Source: a virus. Taken from it: a stretch of DNA of 64,000 bases. Below, piece after piece: positions 1-10,078 of the stretch (within the stretch, counting starts at the first letter, position 1; each line of letters starts with the position of its first letter). The position numbers and the translations under genes were made by a program. The stretch covers positions 129,221-193,220 of the IMG/VR virus record IMGVR_UViG_3300019776_000961. One strand, given 5' to 3'. The notes below the pieces were generated by a model, which had not been told where the DNA came from, ran no database searches, and worked only from the letters and a program-made list of their open reading frames with translations.

Positions 1-238
1 TCTTATTGACATTATTAACAATATGTTCTTTCTTTAAATCACGTAGTGTTTCACCAAAGACAGCAAAATATACAGCATCAGCAATAGTAGACTTACCAAC
101 ACCATTACGTCTATCTTCCTTATCCTTATTAATACCTGTAATAATATTGAGTCCTTGATTAAAGGATACACTTACAGGCTCTGTACCTACAGACAGAAAA
201 TTCTTTATCTTAACATTTTTAAAATTTATATATTTCAT
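1..238 (-). CDS. gp46: Recombination endonuclease ATPase subunit (SbcC/Rad50-like), N-terminal part; runs off the window
   Basis: Own translation from ATG at 238: MKYINFKNVKIKNFLSVG...GLNIITG...NGVGKSTIADA (Walker A). ATGA overlap with the gp47 stop. Confidence 0.9.
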   Translation of the reverse strand, partial: MKYINFKNVKIKNFLSVGTEPVSVSFNQGLNIITGINKDKEDRRNGVGKSTIADAVYFAVFGETLRDLKKEHIVNNVNK

Positions 239-1281
239 GCGTTAGTTGCTCTCTTGTATAAATCCATGCAGTAATTGATTACTTCAGATTTGTTTTCAAT
301 ATCGAGTACATTTACAAACTCTTCTATTGTCTTTTGTAAGTCAACACCGGTAGCGTCGTAATTTTGATCTTCTATTACAATACTATCATCATAAAGAGAG
401 TAATCAACCGAAACCGAAAACGGATTAAAATTAGATATCTTTTTTAGTAAACTATCTATATTGTCAGAGCTAACCTTTTTATCGACAATAAGTTTAACTA
501 TATTATTTTTAAATACTTCCTTAATGTCAGCTTGTTTTGCAATTTCTGTAATACCGATTTTTTTATGCTTTGGTGAAATAGTATTTTCAATAAATTCATA
601 TTTACTACTATTAATATCTAATATATAATAACCCTTCGTTGTACCCGTATCACCAAAGTCCATCTCAAATGGGTTACCAACATATACGATTGTACCGTTA
701 TCATAGACACGTTCATCTCTCAAATGAAAATGTCCTGTCAATATTAACTTTGATCTATCAAGAAGGTCACTTGTCTTTGTACCGTGGTCACAAAGTTTAA
801 AGCTATTCATCTTAAAGCTTTCAATCTCTAAGTGACCAAACATAATATCTGACTGAGGCAGGTCAGATATATTAGAACCCCAAGGAAGGAAGGTAAGTTT
901 TTTACCAAGGACTGTAAATGTCGTTGGTTGTTCTATAACAGTTATATTATCTCTACCGTTAAGAATAGAAAGTGAATTGATATCCGAGCGATCTTTATAA
1001 TATGCATCATGATTACCGACTATAATAACAATATTAAATTCTTTCCATTTAGTAAGAATTTGATTTACAACATGAATAGTATTAACTGCTACTTCGTCTC
1101 TATAATGAAATACATCACCAAGGATAAAAATATCTTTTATCTCCTTTGCGTTTAATTCACTCTTGAGCCATTCAGCCCAATTAAGAGCTGTTTCATGCCA
1201 AAAAATACTATTCTGGTGTACACCGATATGTAAATCAGCAATACAGCATACTCGATTAGTGTTTAAGTGTAAGTCTTTCAA
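235..1281 (-). CDS. gp47: Recombination endonuclease nuclease subunit (Mre11/SbcD-like)
   Basis: Metallophosphoesterase motifs DLHIG, LGDVF, GNHD, GHFH; lies between gp55 and gp46 as in T4-like phages. Confidence 0.92.
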   Translation of the reverse strand: MKDLHLNTNRVCCIADLHIGVHQNSIFWHETALNWAEWLKSELNAKEIKDIFILGDVFHYRDEVAVNTIHVVNQILTKWKEFNIVIIVGNHDAYYKDRSDINSLSILNGRDNITVIEQPTTFTVLGKKLTFLPWGSNISDLPQSDIMFGHLEIESFKMNSFKLCDHGTKTSDLLDRSKLILTGHFHLRDERVYDNGTIVYVGNPFEMDFGDTGTTKGYYILDINSSKYEFIENTISPKHKKIGITEIAKQADIKEVFKNNIVKLIVDKKVSSDNIDSLLKKISNFNPFSVSVDYSLYDDSIVIEDQNYDATGVDLQKTIEEFVNVLDIENKSEVINYCMDLYKRATNA

Positions 1282-1283
1282 GA

Positions 1284-1901
1284 TTAATAATCGTCTTCTC
1301 CATCATCGCTTGGATCAACGTAGATATGTGCACCACCGTTTTCATCGGGGTTAAGCATCATTTCCGTATATACCTTCTCTTTGTATTCGTTAAGAGTCTC
1401 GTGATGTCGTTTTTCTTTCTTAATTCTATTAATAAACGCATGAAATGCAATAGTAGTAAAATATGAAAATGGGTTAAAACCAGAATCAAGCTTAAATTTT
1501 TTATTCTTAAGAGCAGAAAACATTTTGACAATCGCATCACCAACCATTTCTTCTTTATAGGAATAATTGATGAAGTTACCAGCAAATGAAAGACCATGCG
1601 CTATCTTATTGATACTATCACCTAGTTTAAATGTAACATGTCCGGTTTTATAAAACTCTCGTATTTCTTCCTCAAACTCTCTACTATTGACATAATGCTC
1701 ACGTTCACGTGGCTTTAATTTTTTAGCTACCGGTGCTTCTACTACACTCTCAACTGGCAGTATAATATCGCTAATAATAGCCTCATGCACTTCACCGCTA
1801 TCAATAACATCCTCAATAGGAATATCAAGAACTGCAGGCTTTTCTTTTATGCTATTTTTCTGTGATTTCTTTGATAGCAAATTTGATTTTTTCTTTTTCA
1901 T
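1284..1901 (-). CDS. gp55: Late-transcription sigma factor
   Basis: HYVNSREF...NFINYSYKEEMVGDA...NPFSYFTTIAFHAFINRIKKEK matches the gp55 family; adjacent to gp47. Confidence 0.9.
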   Translation of the reverse strand: MKKKKSNLLSKKSQKNSIKEKPAVLDIPIEDVIDSGEVHEAIISDIILPVESVVEAPVAKKLKPREREHYVNSREFEEEIREFYKTGHVTFKLGDSINKIAHGLSFAGNFINYSYKEEMVGDAIVKMFSALKNKKFKLDSGFNPFSYFTTIAFHAFINRIKKEKRHHETLNEYKEKVYTEMMLNPDENGGAHIYVDPSDDGEDDY

Positions 1902-3330
1902 AAAGTGAGATACGTTTGTCGAGATGCGCTGAGCTATAGCGATAGTTATCAGCTACATCAAATATTATAAGTTGTGTCTTATCCTTATGCAACCTAAGAC
2001 CACGACCTATGGACTGTACTATTTTAATTTTCGCTTTACCGCCGCATGCAAAAATTATGTAATGTAAATTCTTAATATTAACACCGGTAGAGAATATTTT
2101 AGAGATAGCGACAACTATAATATCATTATGTAGCTCCATTAATTGTCTAACTTTTTCACGCTCTGTAATTTCAACTTCTCCACGAATAAAAAATACCTGC
2201 TTACTAGGGTGTTGTTCTTTTATTATATCATACAACAACTCTCCGTGCTCTATATAATCAACCATTACCAGTGAGTTGTTCTTGAGGTTACCCATTAGAG
2301 TGCTTATTGTTCTATTTCTAAATTGACTCTGTATGAGATATTTGACTTCAGCTCGATATTTATCCGATGCATTATCACCTATAGGCGGTATATCTCGCTC
2401 AGGTAGTTTGTGATTTAATTTAAGCACCTGTATTTGAGCACCTGTAATATAATTATCCTGTCTTAAATCATAACTATGCTTTTCATAGATGACAGGTCCA
2501 ATTTTACCAATTATATTCCACTGATCGAGTTTATCTTCAGGCATTGTACCAGTAAATCCAAAGCGATGCGGTGTCTTAACACGCTTAAGAATTTTGTTAA
2601 TTTCATTGCCCTTGCGTATTTTGTGTACTTCATCAACTACAAGTACATCAATCCCCTCTATCCAATCTAGATTAGAATTCTTACTCTGTAGAATGCCGAT
2701 GTTTGCGACAATTACGTCAGAAGTAAGATCGAGGTCATCATCTCCTGTCCATTTTGATACCTTAAACGGAACGTTATAATCAATAAAATCCTGTGATGTT
2801 TGCTCCACGAGACCACGATCAGGTACAATAAACAAACACTTAAATGTGTTTTTATTATATGGTGATTTGTATATGCTGTATATTTTTGTTAGAAGAGAGG
2901 CAGATGTAAGTGTTTTACCACCTGCAGTAGCGAGTATAATAGTACCGCGGCCGTTGAATAGGCATTTCTTTACAATTTCTTCCTGATAATCTCTAAGAGG
3001 TATCTTGAGAGGTAATATTTCGTTCTTAAAATCTAGCTGCTGATGCCAGCCGTATCTTGCAGGGTAGACAGTATCAAATAAATCTTTACTAAAAATCTGA
3101 CCACCTGTTATCTGCTTTTCGGTTATATATTTCTTAATCTCTTCAACTAAGCATGGTTCAAAGCGACCTGTAGGTGTTATAGCATATGTACGCGGTGGTA
3201 AGAACCTACCATATCGTCGCATAAATTTAGCACCTTCATTCTTAACAGAAAAGTACTCACGAATATCATCAAAGTTCTCGCCTTTGAGAATACCCATTTT
3301 CTTTGTACTGTCAAAATCAAACTCTACCAT
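1852..3330 (-). CDS. uvsW: SF2 DNA helicase UvsW
   Basis: LRDYQ, ATAGGKT, DEVH, FGFTGT, QSIGRGLR motifs. Start taken at MVEFDF, directly after the uvsY stop. Confidence 0.92.
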   Translation of the reverse strand: MVEFDFDSTKKMGILKGENFDDIREYFSVKNEGAKFMRRYGRFLPPRTYAITPTGRFEPCLVEEIKKYITEKQITGGQIFSKDLFDTVYPARYGWHQQLDFKNEILPLKIPLRDYQEEIVKKCLFNGRGTIILATAGGKTLTSASLLTKIYSIYKSPYNKNTFKCLFIVPDRGLVEQTSQDFIDYNVPFKVSKWTGDDDLDLTSDVIVANIGILQSKNSNLDWIEGIDVLVVDEVHKIRKGNEINKILKRVKTPHRFGFTGTMPEDKLDQWNIIGKIGPVIYEKHSYDLRQDNYITGAQIQVLKLNHKLPERDIPPIGDNASDKYRAEVKYLIQSQFRNRTISTLMGNLKNNSLVMVDYIEHGELLYDIIKEQHPSKQVFFIRGEVEITEREKVRQLMELHNDIIVVAISKIFSTGVNIKNLHYIIFACGGKAKIKIVQSIGRGLRLHKDKTQLIIFDVADNYRYSSAHLDKRISLYEKEKIKFAIKEITEK

Positions 3331-3331
3331 A

Positions 3332-3721
3332 TTACGTTGTCTCAAGCTTCATTATCTCTACTAAATTCTTGATATCAAAAGTAGTGCTGCTTAATGTCTT
3401 CTCTGTTTTTTCTAACAGCTCAATAACTAATTTCTTCTCTTCAATAGTTTGCTGCATTTCAATTAACTCGGGTCGCTGTTCAACAGCTTTTAAAATAACA
3501 GGCAACGAGAGATCAACTGTTGAACCTTTTTTAATCTCCTCTGTTAGTTTTGTCTTTAACGCATTAAGACGTCTTGTCTCTTGAGTTACTTCCATTTTTA
3601 ATCGAATGAGCCTTCCTGCCCATTTGTGCTTAGTTGCAGGTAAGCGTAATTGATAATCTTTTAAATTAAGCTCATTAATTTTTAGATCCTCTTCTAACTC
3701 TTTTATATATTCTGCTAGCAT
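3332..3721 (-). CDS. uvsY: UvsY-like recombination mediator
   Basis: 129-aa helical protein ending TFDIKNLVEIMKLE, immediately upstream of uvsW. Confidence 0.6.
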   Translation of the reverse strand: MLAEYIKELEEDLKINELNLKDYQLRLPATKHKWAGRLIRLKMEVTQETRRLNALKTKLTEEIKKGSTVDLSLPVILKAVEQRPELIEMQQTIEEKKLVIELLEKTEKTLSSTTFDIKNLVEIMKLETT

Positions 3722-3750
3722 TAACTTAAATAATAGTATAAGGACTCAAA

Positions 3751-4008
3751 ATGTCAACAAATCTTTTTAAAAATACGTTTTTACGAATGCTGTCTGAAGA
3801 TGCAAATACAGCTGCAGGAGTCTTTGGTCCTGCTGCTGCGGCGGCTGCAGCTAATCCTGCAATGCAGGGTGATCAAATTTATAATCCTGGTAACAGTCTG
3901 CCGGCTGATCCGGCGAGCCTTGCACTCGGTAAAAAGGTAGTCAAAGGTAAGGGTAAGAAAAACAAGTATAGATTCCCTATTGCACGTAGACAAAGAATAA
4001 AAACATAA
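3751..4008 (+). CDS. Hypothetical protein with F-x3-F-x3-L-x-E leader and basic C-terminus
   Basis: MSTNLFKNTFLRMLSE, Ala-rich middle, Lys/Arg-rich tail. Confidence 0.6.
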   Translation: MSTNLFKNTFLRMLSEDANTAAGVFGPAAAAAAANPAMQGDQIYNPGNSLPADPASLALGKKVVKGKGKKNKYRFPIARRQRIKT

Positions 4009-4019
4009 TAATTAACTAC

Positions 4020-4451
4020 GTGGAACATGGTCACTGGATTCTGAATGAAAGCATCATTATTGATGAACGTACATTTGGCTTTATATACGAGATAACTAAT
4101 AATATTCTCAATAAGAAATATATAGGTAAAAAGCAATGTATAAGCCGGATCAAGCGTAGACCTCTTAAAGGTAAAACACGCAACAGAATTGATCATAAGG
4201 AATCCGACTGGAAGACATATACAAGTTCATCTAATGAGCTTAATTTAGATATTGAAAAATACGGTAAAGATAACTTTACATTCAAAATTATTAAAGCCTG
4301 CGGATCTAAGTGGGAGCTTGCATACGAGGAAATAAAAGAACAAATAAGTCAAAACGTCTTGTTAAGAGATGATTACTATAACGGTATTATAAACGTACGA
4401 ATTGGTACACCTCCTAAGGATATAAAGCAATCATACTTGAATTCCCTTTAA
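4020..4451 (+). CDS. Small GIY-YIG-like (Seg-type) endonuclease
   Basis: GFIYEITN...KKYIGKKQ...WKTYTSSS...YYNGII. Confidence 0.75.
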   Translation: MEHGHWILNESIIIDERTFGFIYEITNNILNKKYIGKKQCISRIKRRPLKGKTRNRIDHKESDWKTYTSSSNELNLDIEKYGKDNFTFKIIKACGSKWELAYEEIKEQISQNVLLRDDYYNGIINVRIGTPPKDIKQSYLNSL

Positions 4452-4470
4452 ACCAATATACACTTAAGGG

Positions 4471-5028
4471 GTGGTAGATGATATTATTTTTTCTGAATAT
4501 AATTTTAGGTTAATAGACTTTTGTAGACTACTAAAAGCATCGGAAGTTACTATTATTAATGAAATGTATGTATATGGTTTGCTTGAAAAACCAAAAATTA
4601 CAAAGGATGTAAAGAAAATTTTAATGCATCATATAACATTATGCTTGTGTTCTAAATTACTCACTGCTACAGGAAGAGAGAAATGGATTGTCTATTTTAA
4701 TAAAGATGATCTCAATAATAGCCTACTTCATGAATATTTTCCGGAGATAGGCACATTAATAGAGTTGTTTCTTAATAAGTTAAAAAAACTTCTACCTGTA
4801 AGAATATTCACAAACGGAAAGACATTTAGTGAGTTACAGAAAATAGTATTAAAGAGAAACGGTGAAAGAGATGAGTTTATAGCAAATATAAGACTCTTTT
4901 TAGAAAGCATTAATTTTAGTACATTTACATTTAGCAAAATAAAAATTTTTACGCAAAAACAAGGTTTAACGTTTTTAAATAGGGAATTCTTTAATACACT
5001 TAAATCAAAACAGCTTCTTCTTACATAA
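4471..5028 (+). CDS. Hypothetical protein
   Basis: 185-aa ORF filling the gap between neighbours; no motif recognised. Confidence 0.6.
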   Translation: MVDDIIFSEYNFRLIDFCRLLKASEVTIINEMYVYGLLEKPKITKDVKKILMHHITLCLCSKLLTATGREKWIVYFNKDDLNNSLLHEYFPEIGTLIELFLNKLKKLLPVRIFTNGKTFSELQKIVLKRNGERDEFIANIRLFLESINFSTFTFSKIKIFTQKQGLTFLNREFFNTLKSKQLLLT

Positions 5029-5031
5029 ATG

Positions 5032-5039
5032 TATAAATA
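5032..5039 (+). promoter_or_regulatory. T4-type late promoter TATAAATA; representative of at least 15 copies listed in findings
   Basis: Exact TATAAATA 6 nt before ATG 5046; gp55 is encoded in the window. Confidence 0.75.
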
Positions 5040-5045
5040 CTTCAT

Positions 5046-5501
5046 ATGAGTTTTCTTAAGAAGTACCAAACGTATCTAAATTTAGTTACTGAACAGGATG
5101 AACAAGGTGTTCAGCCACAGGATGCAACAGCACCTGATGCGGCCGCAGCTGTTCCTGCAGCACCAAGTGAGCCTACAACAGTAGCACCAGAGGGTTATGT
5201 GAACCTCGTTAAGCTTCTTGCAAAATCACTCGCAATGAATATTCCTGTTGGCAATATTGATGCGTTATTTGCTACAACAGAAGTTACAAGTGAGAATGCT
5301 TTTAATACGCAGGATGAGTTGGAGAAGTTTTTAAAGGAAAATGAAATACAATCTGATAATCCTGAAAGACTTGAAAATATTAATTATAAAAAATTTATAA
5401 GTTCAGTTAATGCTACAAATTTTGAACAAAAATTAAAACAGTTAATTACAGCAATGGAGCAAAGAGATCCTTCTGTTAAACAACTTTTCCCTACAAGCTA
5501 A
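5046..5501 (+). CDS. Hypothetical late protein
   Basis: Late promoter upstream; leader MSFLKKYQTYLNLVTE followed by a Pro/Ala linker. Confidence 0.7.
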   Translation: MSFLKKYQTYLNLVTEQDEQGVQPQDATAPDAAAAVPAAPSEPTTVAPEGYVNLVKLLAKSLAMNIPVGNIDALFATTEVTSENAFNTQDELEKFLKENEIQSDNPERLENINYKKFISSVNATNFEQKLKQLITAMEQRDPSVKQLFPTS

Positions 5502-6829
5502 TGAAGTACAAGAGTTTAAAAGAAGTATATGCAGAAAAAAGTCTAGGTATTGTATTGCCGCCTCTTAGACGTCAACTTGCATATCAGAATATTTTAATTA
5601 ACGAAGGCGGTGCAGGTGGTAGTATGATCCATCCATTCGATGTACCAGGGGTACGAACAGGTACAGATCTAATAGATATATTTGATGAAGCTGTAAAGAG
5701 TATTCAATCAGAAAGACCCGCGGTAAAGATTGATGGTGCAAATGTCTCTATTAAGATTGCACGCGATATTGAAGGTAATATCAATCGTAATGCAGAAGGT
5801 GGAATGGAATTCGGTATTGAAAGAGGTACAAAGAAAGAAGATGATATAAAAGGTGTTACTCTTGACCGACTCGGATCACGTTTTGTTAATAAAGCTGATC
5901 CCTCAAAGCCACACGGTCTTATTGAAGCTGGTGGTATAATTCTCAATATTTTTAATACAGCATTACCATCGATTGAAGGTGATCTTCAAAAGCTAAAATT
6001 TTTCGGCAAAGAAGACCAGCGATTCTTCAATATGGAGTATGTTTATGGTCATACAAATGTCATCGGTTATGATAAGAACTTCCTCGCAATACACGGTATT
6101 AATGAAATTAATATAGTAACAAGAAAAGCGAAAGAAGTTGGCTACAATAAAAATGTACTTGAGAGTATTATAAAGAAGATACGCCCTATTGCAAAACAAT
6201 ATGGTTTTGATGTATATAGTACAATACCTGCAGAGTTTGATGAAGATAATACTGAGGTTGATTTCAGCCCGGCCCTTAGAACTAATTTAACTGTAAGATA
6301 TACACCAGAACATGCTGTTACAAAGTCTATTGCTGCGTGGTTAAAAGAGTGTAATAATCCGACAGGCAAGACAGTTGTACTCGCTGACAATAAGCGCATA
6401 AGTGCTATGGGGTTACAGAATTATGGAATTATAATGCAAGGCACACCTCTCGATACAGCTATAAAAGACGGCAATGATGTACAAATAAATGATGCGATCT
6501 GTGGTGCGGTATTTTTACATGCAACACTTCTTATGGGGCAAATACTTAAAAACTCATTGCGTTCTGATATTGGGCATGTAGGTGCGCATGAAGGTATTGT
6601 TGTACGTAATTTAATGTTTAAAGGCAAACCTGTCGGTGTACCTGTAAAATTCACAGGTGAATTTATCGTTGGCAAGGAAGCTGGTAAGTTTGCAAAGAGC
6701 CAGGATGATGAAGATGCAAATCAGCAAATGGTTAATAATTTAAATCGTGGTTATATGGCTGAACCACGGATGCCATGGTCAGGTCCAGGTGAAGGTAATC
6801 CTCCTGGTACAACAGGTGTTAATGTATGA
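5501..6829 (+). CDS. Hypothetical late protein with KxDG motif (possible ligase/nucleotidyltransferase fold)
   Basis: MIHPFD...AVKIDGAN...HEGIVVR resembles ligase motifs I (KxDG) and IV (EGxVVR). Confidence 0.5.
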   Translation: MKYKSLKEVYAEKSLGIVLPPLRRQLAYQNILINEGGAGGSMIHPFDVPGVRTGTDLIDIFDEAVKSIQSERPAVKIDGANVSIKIARDIEGNINRNAEGGMEFGIERGTKKEDDIKGVTLDRLGSRFVNKADPSKPHGLIEAGGIILNIFNTALPSIEGDLQKLKFFGKEDQRFFNMEYVYGHTNVIGYDKNFLAIHGINEINIVTRKAKEVGYNKNVLESIIKKIRPIAKQYGFDVYSTIPAEFDEDNTEVDFSPALRTNLTVRYTPEHAVTKSIAAWLKECNNPTGKTVVLADNKRISAMGLQNYGIIMQGTPLDTAIKDGNDVQINDAICGAVFLHATLLMGQILKNSLRSDIGHVGAHEGIVVRNLMFKGKPVGVPVKFTGEFIVGKEAGKFAKSQDDEDANQQMVNNLNRGYMAEPRMPWSGPGEGNPPGTTGVNV

Positions 6830-7467
6830 AGTTTGATTTCCTATTTGAAGAATTAATTAATCAGTTTAAACCTTCAGGCGGCAAAACTGTCGCTATTTTA
6901 CCTGGAGGATTTAAACCACCTCATAAAGGGCATTTTGATGCACTTAATTATCTTCTTGAAGAAGCTGATAGTGGTATTGTTTATGTAGGTGGTAAAGTAA
7001 GAGAAGGTGTCAATATTACAGCTGATCAATCAAAACAGATCTGGGATATTTATAAAAAGTATCTCAGCAAACCTGTTGAGGTTTATATAGCAACAGATAT
7101 TAAGACAATACCTGGGCCGAACGGAGAACAGCCAAAAAATGAATACATACAATCACCCATTCAGGCTACCTACCAGTACGCCAATACACATAATAATGAA
7201 AATATTATTGTAGGTATCGGTCCGGAAGAAGATCCAAATGAATTAAAGCGTTATGCAACTTTTCAAAAGAATCCTGAAAAATATCCGCTAGTAAAAATTG
7301 TGAATATACCGCCAATGCATAAAAGAATCTCTGGAACAGCAATACGTCAGAAGATTGCATCAGGTGCAAGGGATGCTGTCGAATACTTTATACCGACACA
7401 TAATGATGGTAGTCAGTTAATTTCTAATCAAGATAAGCAGAAGATTGCTAAGATTCTTGGTATCTAA
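6826..7467 (+). CDS. Cytidylyltransferase-like (HIGH-class) nucleotidyltransferase
   Basis: ILPGGFKPPHKGHF (HxGH) and RISGTAIRQ motifs. Confidence 0.8.
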   Translation: MKFDFLFEELINQFKPSGGKTVAILPGGFKPPHKGHFDALNYLLEEADSGIVYVGGKVREGVNITADQSKQIWDIYKKYLSKPVEVYIATDIKTIPGPNGEQPKNEYIQSPIQATYQYANTHNNENIIVGIGPEEDPNELKRYATFQKNPEKYPLVKIVNIPPMHKRISGTAIRQKIASGARDAVEYFIPTHNDGSQLISNQDKQKIAKILGI

Positions 7468-8112
7468 TTACTTCTTTGCTTCAAGAGCTGTAATTGTCTC
7501 ATAGAGTACATTTTCAATTACATCTTTTGATTCTGTAGCTAAAAGTTTTTTAAGTACACTTAATAGTGAACCTCCTCCGGAAGAAATAGAATTATATAAA
7601 TCATGTTCTGTTTCTTCCTCTATATTCTCGAGGTCACTATCTACTTTATTCTTAAACGCCTGATAGTCCTGATAACCATATACTGATTCAATACCTTTTT
7701 GTGCTTCAACAATTTTAGCAAGAACCCATGGTTCAATATGTTCACTTCCTTCGATTAAATCATGTAACATTGCTGAAAGCTTTACTAAACGATATAAACT
7801 CTGTTTTGCCATATCAGCATTTTCATGTTCTTCACCACCAGGCACACCTATTTCACCTTCACAGGTTTCACATGCTTCATTATCCATATAGCAGCTTTCA
7901 CAATCCTCCTCCGGATTTGCATTGCCACACGATCCACCACAACCACAGCTACATCCTCTTACAGGTGGTTTAAAATCCTTAATTTGTGTACTGTGATCAC
8001 CACCAAACTGACCAGGTCCATCAGCATCAACAGCATTATAATCAACAGTATCCTCTGTAATTATCTTATGTGTATATATCTCATTGAGAAGGTGATAATC
8101 TTTTGCAAACAT
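7468..8112 (-). CDS. Cys-rich hypothetical late protein
   Basis: Start reassigned to MFAKDYHLLNEIY (TAAATA 7 nt upstream); GCSCGCGGSC and CESC...CETC clusters. Confidence 0.65.
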   Translation of the reverse strand: MFAKDYHLLNEIYTHKIITEDTVDYNAVDADGPGQFGGDHSTQIKDFKPPVRGCSCGCGGSCGNANPEEDCESCYMDNEACETCEGEIGVPGGEEHENADMAKQSLYRLVKLSAMLHDLIEGSEHIEPWVLAKIVEAQKGIESVYGYQDYQAFKNKVDSDLENIEEETEHDLYNSISSGGGSLLSVLKKLLATESKDVIENVLYETITALEAKK

Positions 8113-8150
8113 ATACAAATATTTAGTCTTTCTGCTGTATAAATAATAAT

Positions 8151-8462
8151 ATGCGAGGTTTATTTGAGTCATACTTTATATCGCTTTTAGAAGAAAAAAA
8201 CGGACCAAGTCTTTCTATAAAACGCGGTGAGAAATTACCTGTAAGTAGAGGTGGAGGTCTAACAGCAAAGGGTCGTAGAAAGTATAATAGAGCAACAGGA
8301 TCTAATTTAAAAGCACCTGTTACCGGAAAGGTAAAGAAAGGCTCAAAGGCATCAAAAAGAAGAAAAAGCTTTTGTGCACGCTCACGAGCTTGGATTCCAG
8401 CAGGTGGGTGTGCAGGTAAGAAAACACGTGGTTGCGCAGCAAGAAGGAGATGGAAATGCTAA
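8151..8462 (+). CDS. Basic phage protein (DUF6321-like, from memory of the family)
   Basis: GGLTAKGRRKYN...NLKAPV...RRKSFCAR; TATAAATA 5 nt upstream. Confidence 0.65.
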   Translation: MRGLFESYFISLLEEKNGPSLSIKRGEKLPVSRGGGLTAKGRRKYNRATGSNLKAPVTGKVKKGSKASKRRKSFCARSRAWIPAGGCAGKKTRGCAARRRWKC

Positions 8463-8950
8463 CATTTAAACAATTTTTAGACGAAAAGCATTGCTGGAAG
8501 GGCTATGTAAAGCGTGGTATGAAGAAGAAAGGTAACCGCATGGTTAACAACTGTGTTAAAGAGGATACTGAAAATCGTCCTATACTCGGTGTTGTAGAGG
8601 AAATGATTATAGATGGTGTTGGTAAGTGTCTCGCAAAAATTGATAGTGGCAATGAAGCTTATAATGTACTCCATGGCGTCGATGTTGTAATAGGAGATAA
8701 AGAATTCACATGTACAACTCTTAATGATAAACAAATACGCAAACCATTAATTAGTACAATTCAAATTAACATCGGTAGCGGTATAAAAGAAGAAAGACCG
8801 GTTACAACATTTGATATTGTTTTAGATGGCAAAACTTATAAGAATATACCATTTAGTATATCTGATCGTACTGAAAATGAAGAAAAGGTTCTCGTTGGAG
8901 AACCCTTTATTCGTGACTTAAATGCTCTTATCGATGTAGATAAGAAGTAA
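8456..8950 (+). CDS. RimK-associated/retropepsin-like aspartyl protease with N-terminal CWKGY module
   Basis: LAKIDSGN (catalytic D-S/T-G), EERPVT, SISDRT...VLVG; start MLTFKQFLDE. Confidence 0.75.
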   Translation: MLTFKQFLDEKHCWKGYVKRGMKKKGNRMVNNCVKEDTENRPILGVVEEMIIDGVGKCLAKIDSGNEAYNVLHGVDVVIGDKEFTCTTLNDKQIRKPLISTIQINIGSGIKEERPVTTFDIVLDGKTYKNIPFSISDRTENEEKVLVGEPFIRDLNALIDVDKK

Positions 8951-9601
8951 TTACTTCTTCATATTTGAAATGAAGTCATAGAATTCTGCGCGTGTCGCAG
9001 CATCGTTGAGGAAATCACCGCTCAACTTACTAGTCTTCATCTCACAACCATCGTGCTTTACACCGCGGAGACAAGCACAAGTATGTGTAGCACTCACCAT
9101 AACTGCAACCCCGTCATTCTGCTCACAAACATCATCAATTGCATTATGAATCTGAACCGTAAGGCCTTCCTGAATCTGAGGCCGGCGTGCGTAATGCTCT
9201 ACAATACGATTAAGCTTTGAGAGCCCGATAACACGTCCTTCCTTGGAGGGTATATATGCAACGTGTGCTACACCGGTGAAAGCTAGATGATGATGACTAC
9301 ACATTGACTTTACAGGTATACCGCCCTGGAATACCATTCCATCATAACCGTTACTTGGAAATGATGTAATCTTCGGTGGTACCTCATAACATCCAGCTGC
9401 AAGATCATTAACAAACGCCTTAGCAACTCTAAGCGGTGTACCAGTGCTATTAGGATCATCACGCCAATCAAAGCCGAGTGCATCCAGATATGCCTCATAA
9501 GCTTTAGCAGCTCTTTCAATTATTGATTGCTTTTCTTCAGTAGAGCGTGGGTGATTACCATTAGCTTCTTTAAGCTTAACTTCTTTAGTATATTCTTCCA
9601 T
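8951..9601 (-). CDS. folE: GTP cyclohydrolase I
   Basis: SMCSHHHLAF, GLSKLNR, RPQIQEGLT, HTCACLRGV. Start at MEEYTK. Confidence 0.95.
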   Translation of the reverse strand: MEEYTKEVKLKEANGNHPRSTEEKQSIIERAAKAYEAYLDALGFDWRDDPNSTGTPLRVAKAFVNDLAAGCYEVPPKITSFPSNGYDGMVFQGGIPVKSMCSHHHLAFTGVAHVAYIPSKEGRVIGLSKLNRIVEHYARRPQIQEGLTVQIHNAIDDVCEQNDGVAVMVSATHTCACLRGVKHDGCEMKTSKLSGDFLNDAATRAEFYDFISNMKK

Positions 9602-9655
9602 AGTTATACCTACTATAATAACCACATATTGCTGTAATTCAACATAAATATTTTA

Positions 9656-10078
9656 GTGAAATACAATTTGGTTATTGAAAATCAATTAAAGAGACTTACA
9701 TCACTGCAGAAAGTACGTGTCAAAGTTGACCCAAGACATGTAAGCGCAGAATCTGATCTTAGTAATTGTCCATCATATGAAGGATATGTTCTAGAAGAAG
9801 GTTTATCAAAGCTTAAGATTCTTGTTATGCCACCGGATCTATCAATAGAAGAGATACCTGCAGAATTAATTGAATTCTTAGCAGACGAGCAAAAAGAAAA
9901 TGTATATGAAGAGCTTATTGTACACATTATTGATAAGCTTAACCTTAAAGAGGGTGATCCGCTTATTCAGCAATTATTAAATTGTAGCAATATAGATGAA
10001 ATAGAACAATTTATAAGTAATCAGGGCGTAGATGATGAACAACTCTCAGAATTATATAAGGAGTTTATTATATCATGA
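9656..10078 (+). CDS. Hypothetical late protein (SH3-like N-terminus possible)
   Basis: CATAAATA 5 nt before GTG; KVRVKVDP...YEGYVLEE. Confidence 0.65.
   Translation: MKYNLVIENQLKRLTSLQKVRVKVDPRHVSAESDLSNCPSYEGYVLEEGLSKLKILVMPPDLSIEEIPAELIEFLADEQKENVYEELIVHIIDKLNLKEGDPLIQQLLNCSNIDEIEQFISNQGVDDEQLSELYKEFIIS

Noticed and set aside
4020-4451. GIY-YIG gene as part of a self-splicing intron
   Set aside because: It is free-standing between intact ORFs; no interrupted host gene or group I core was seen.
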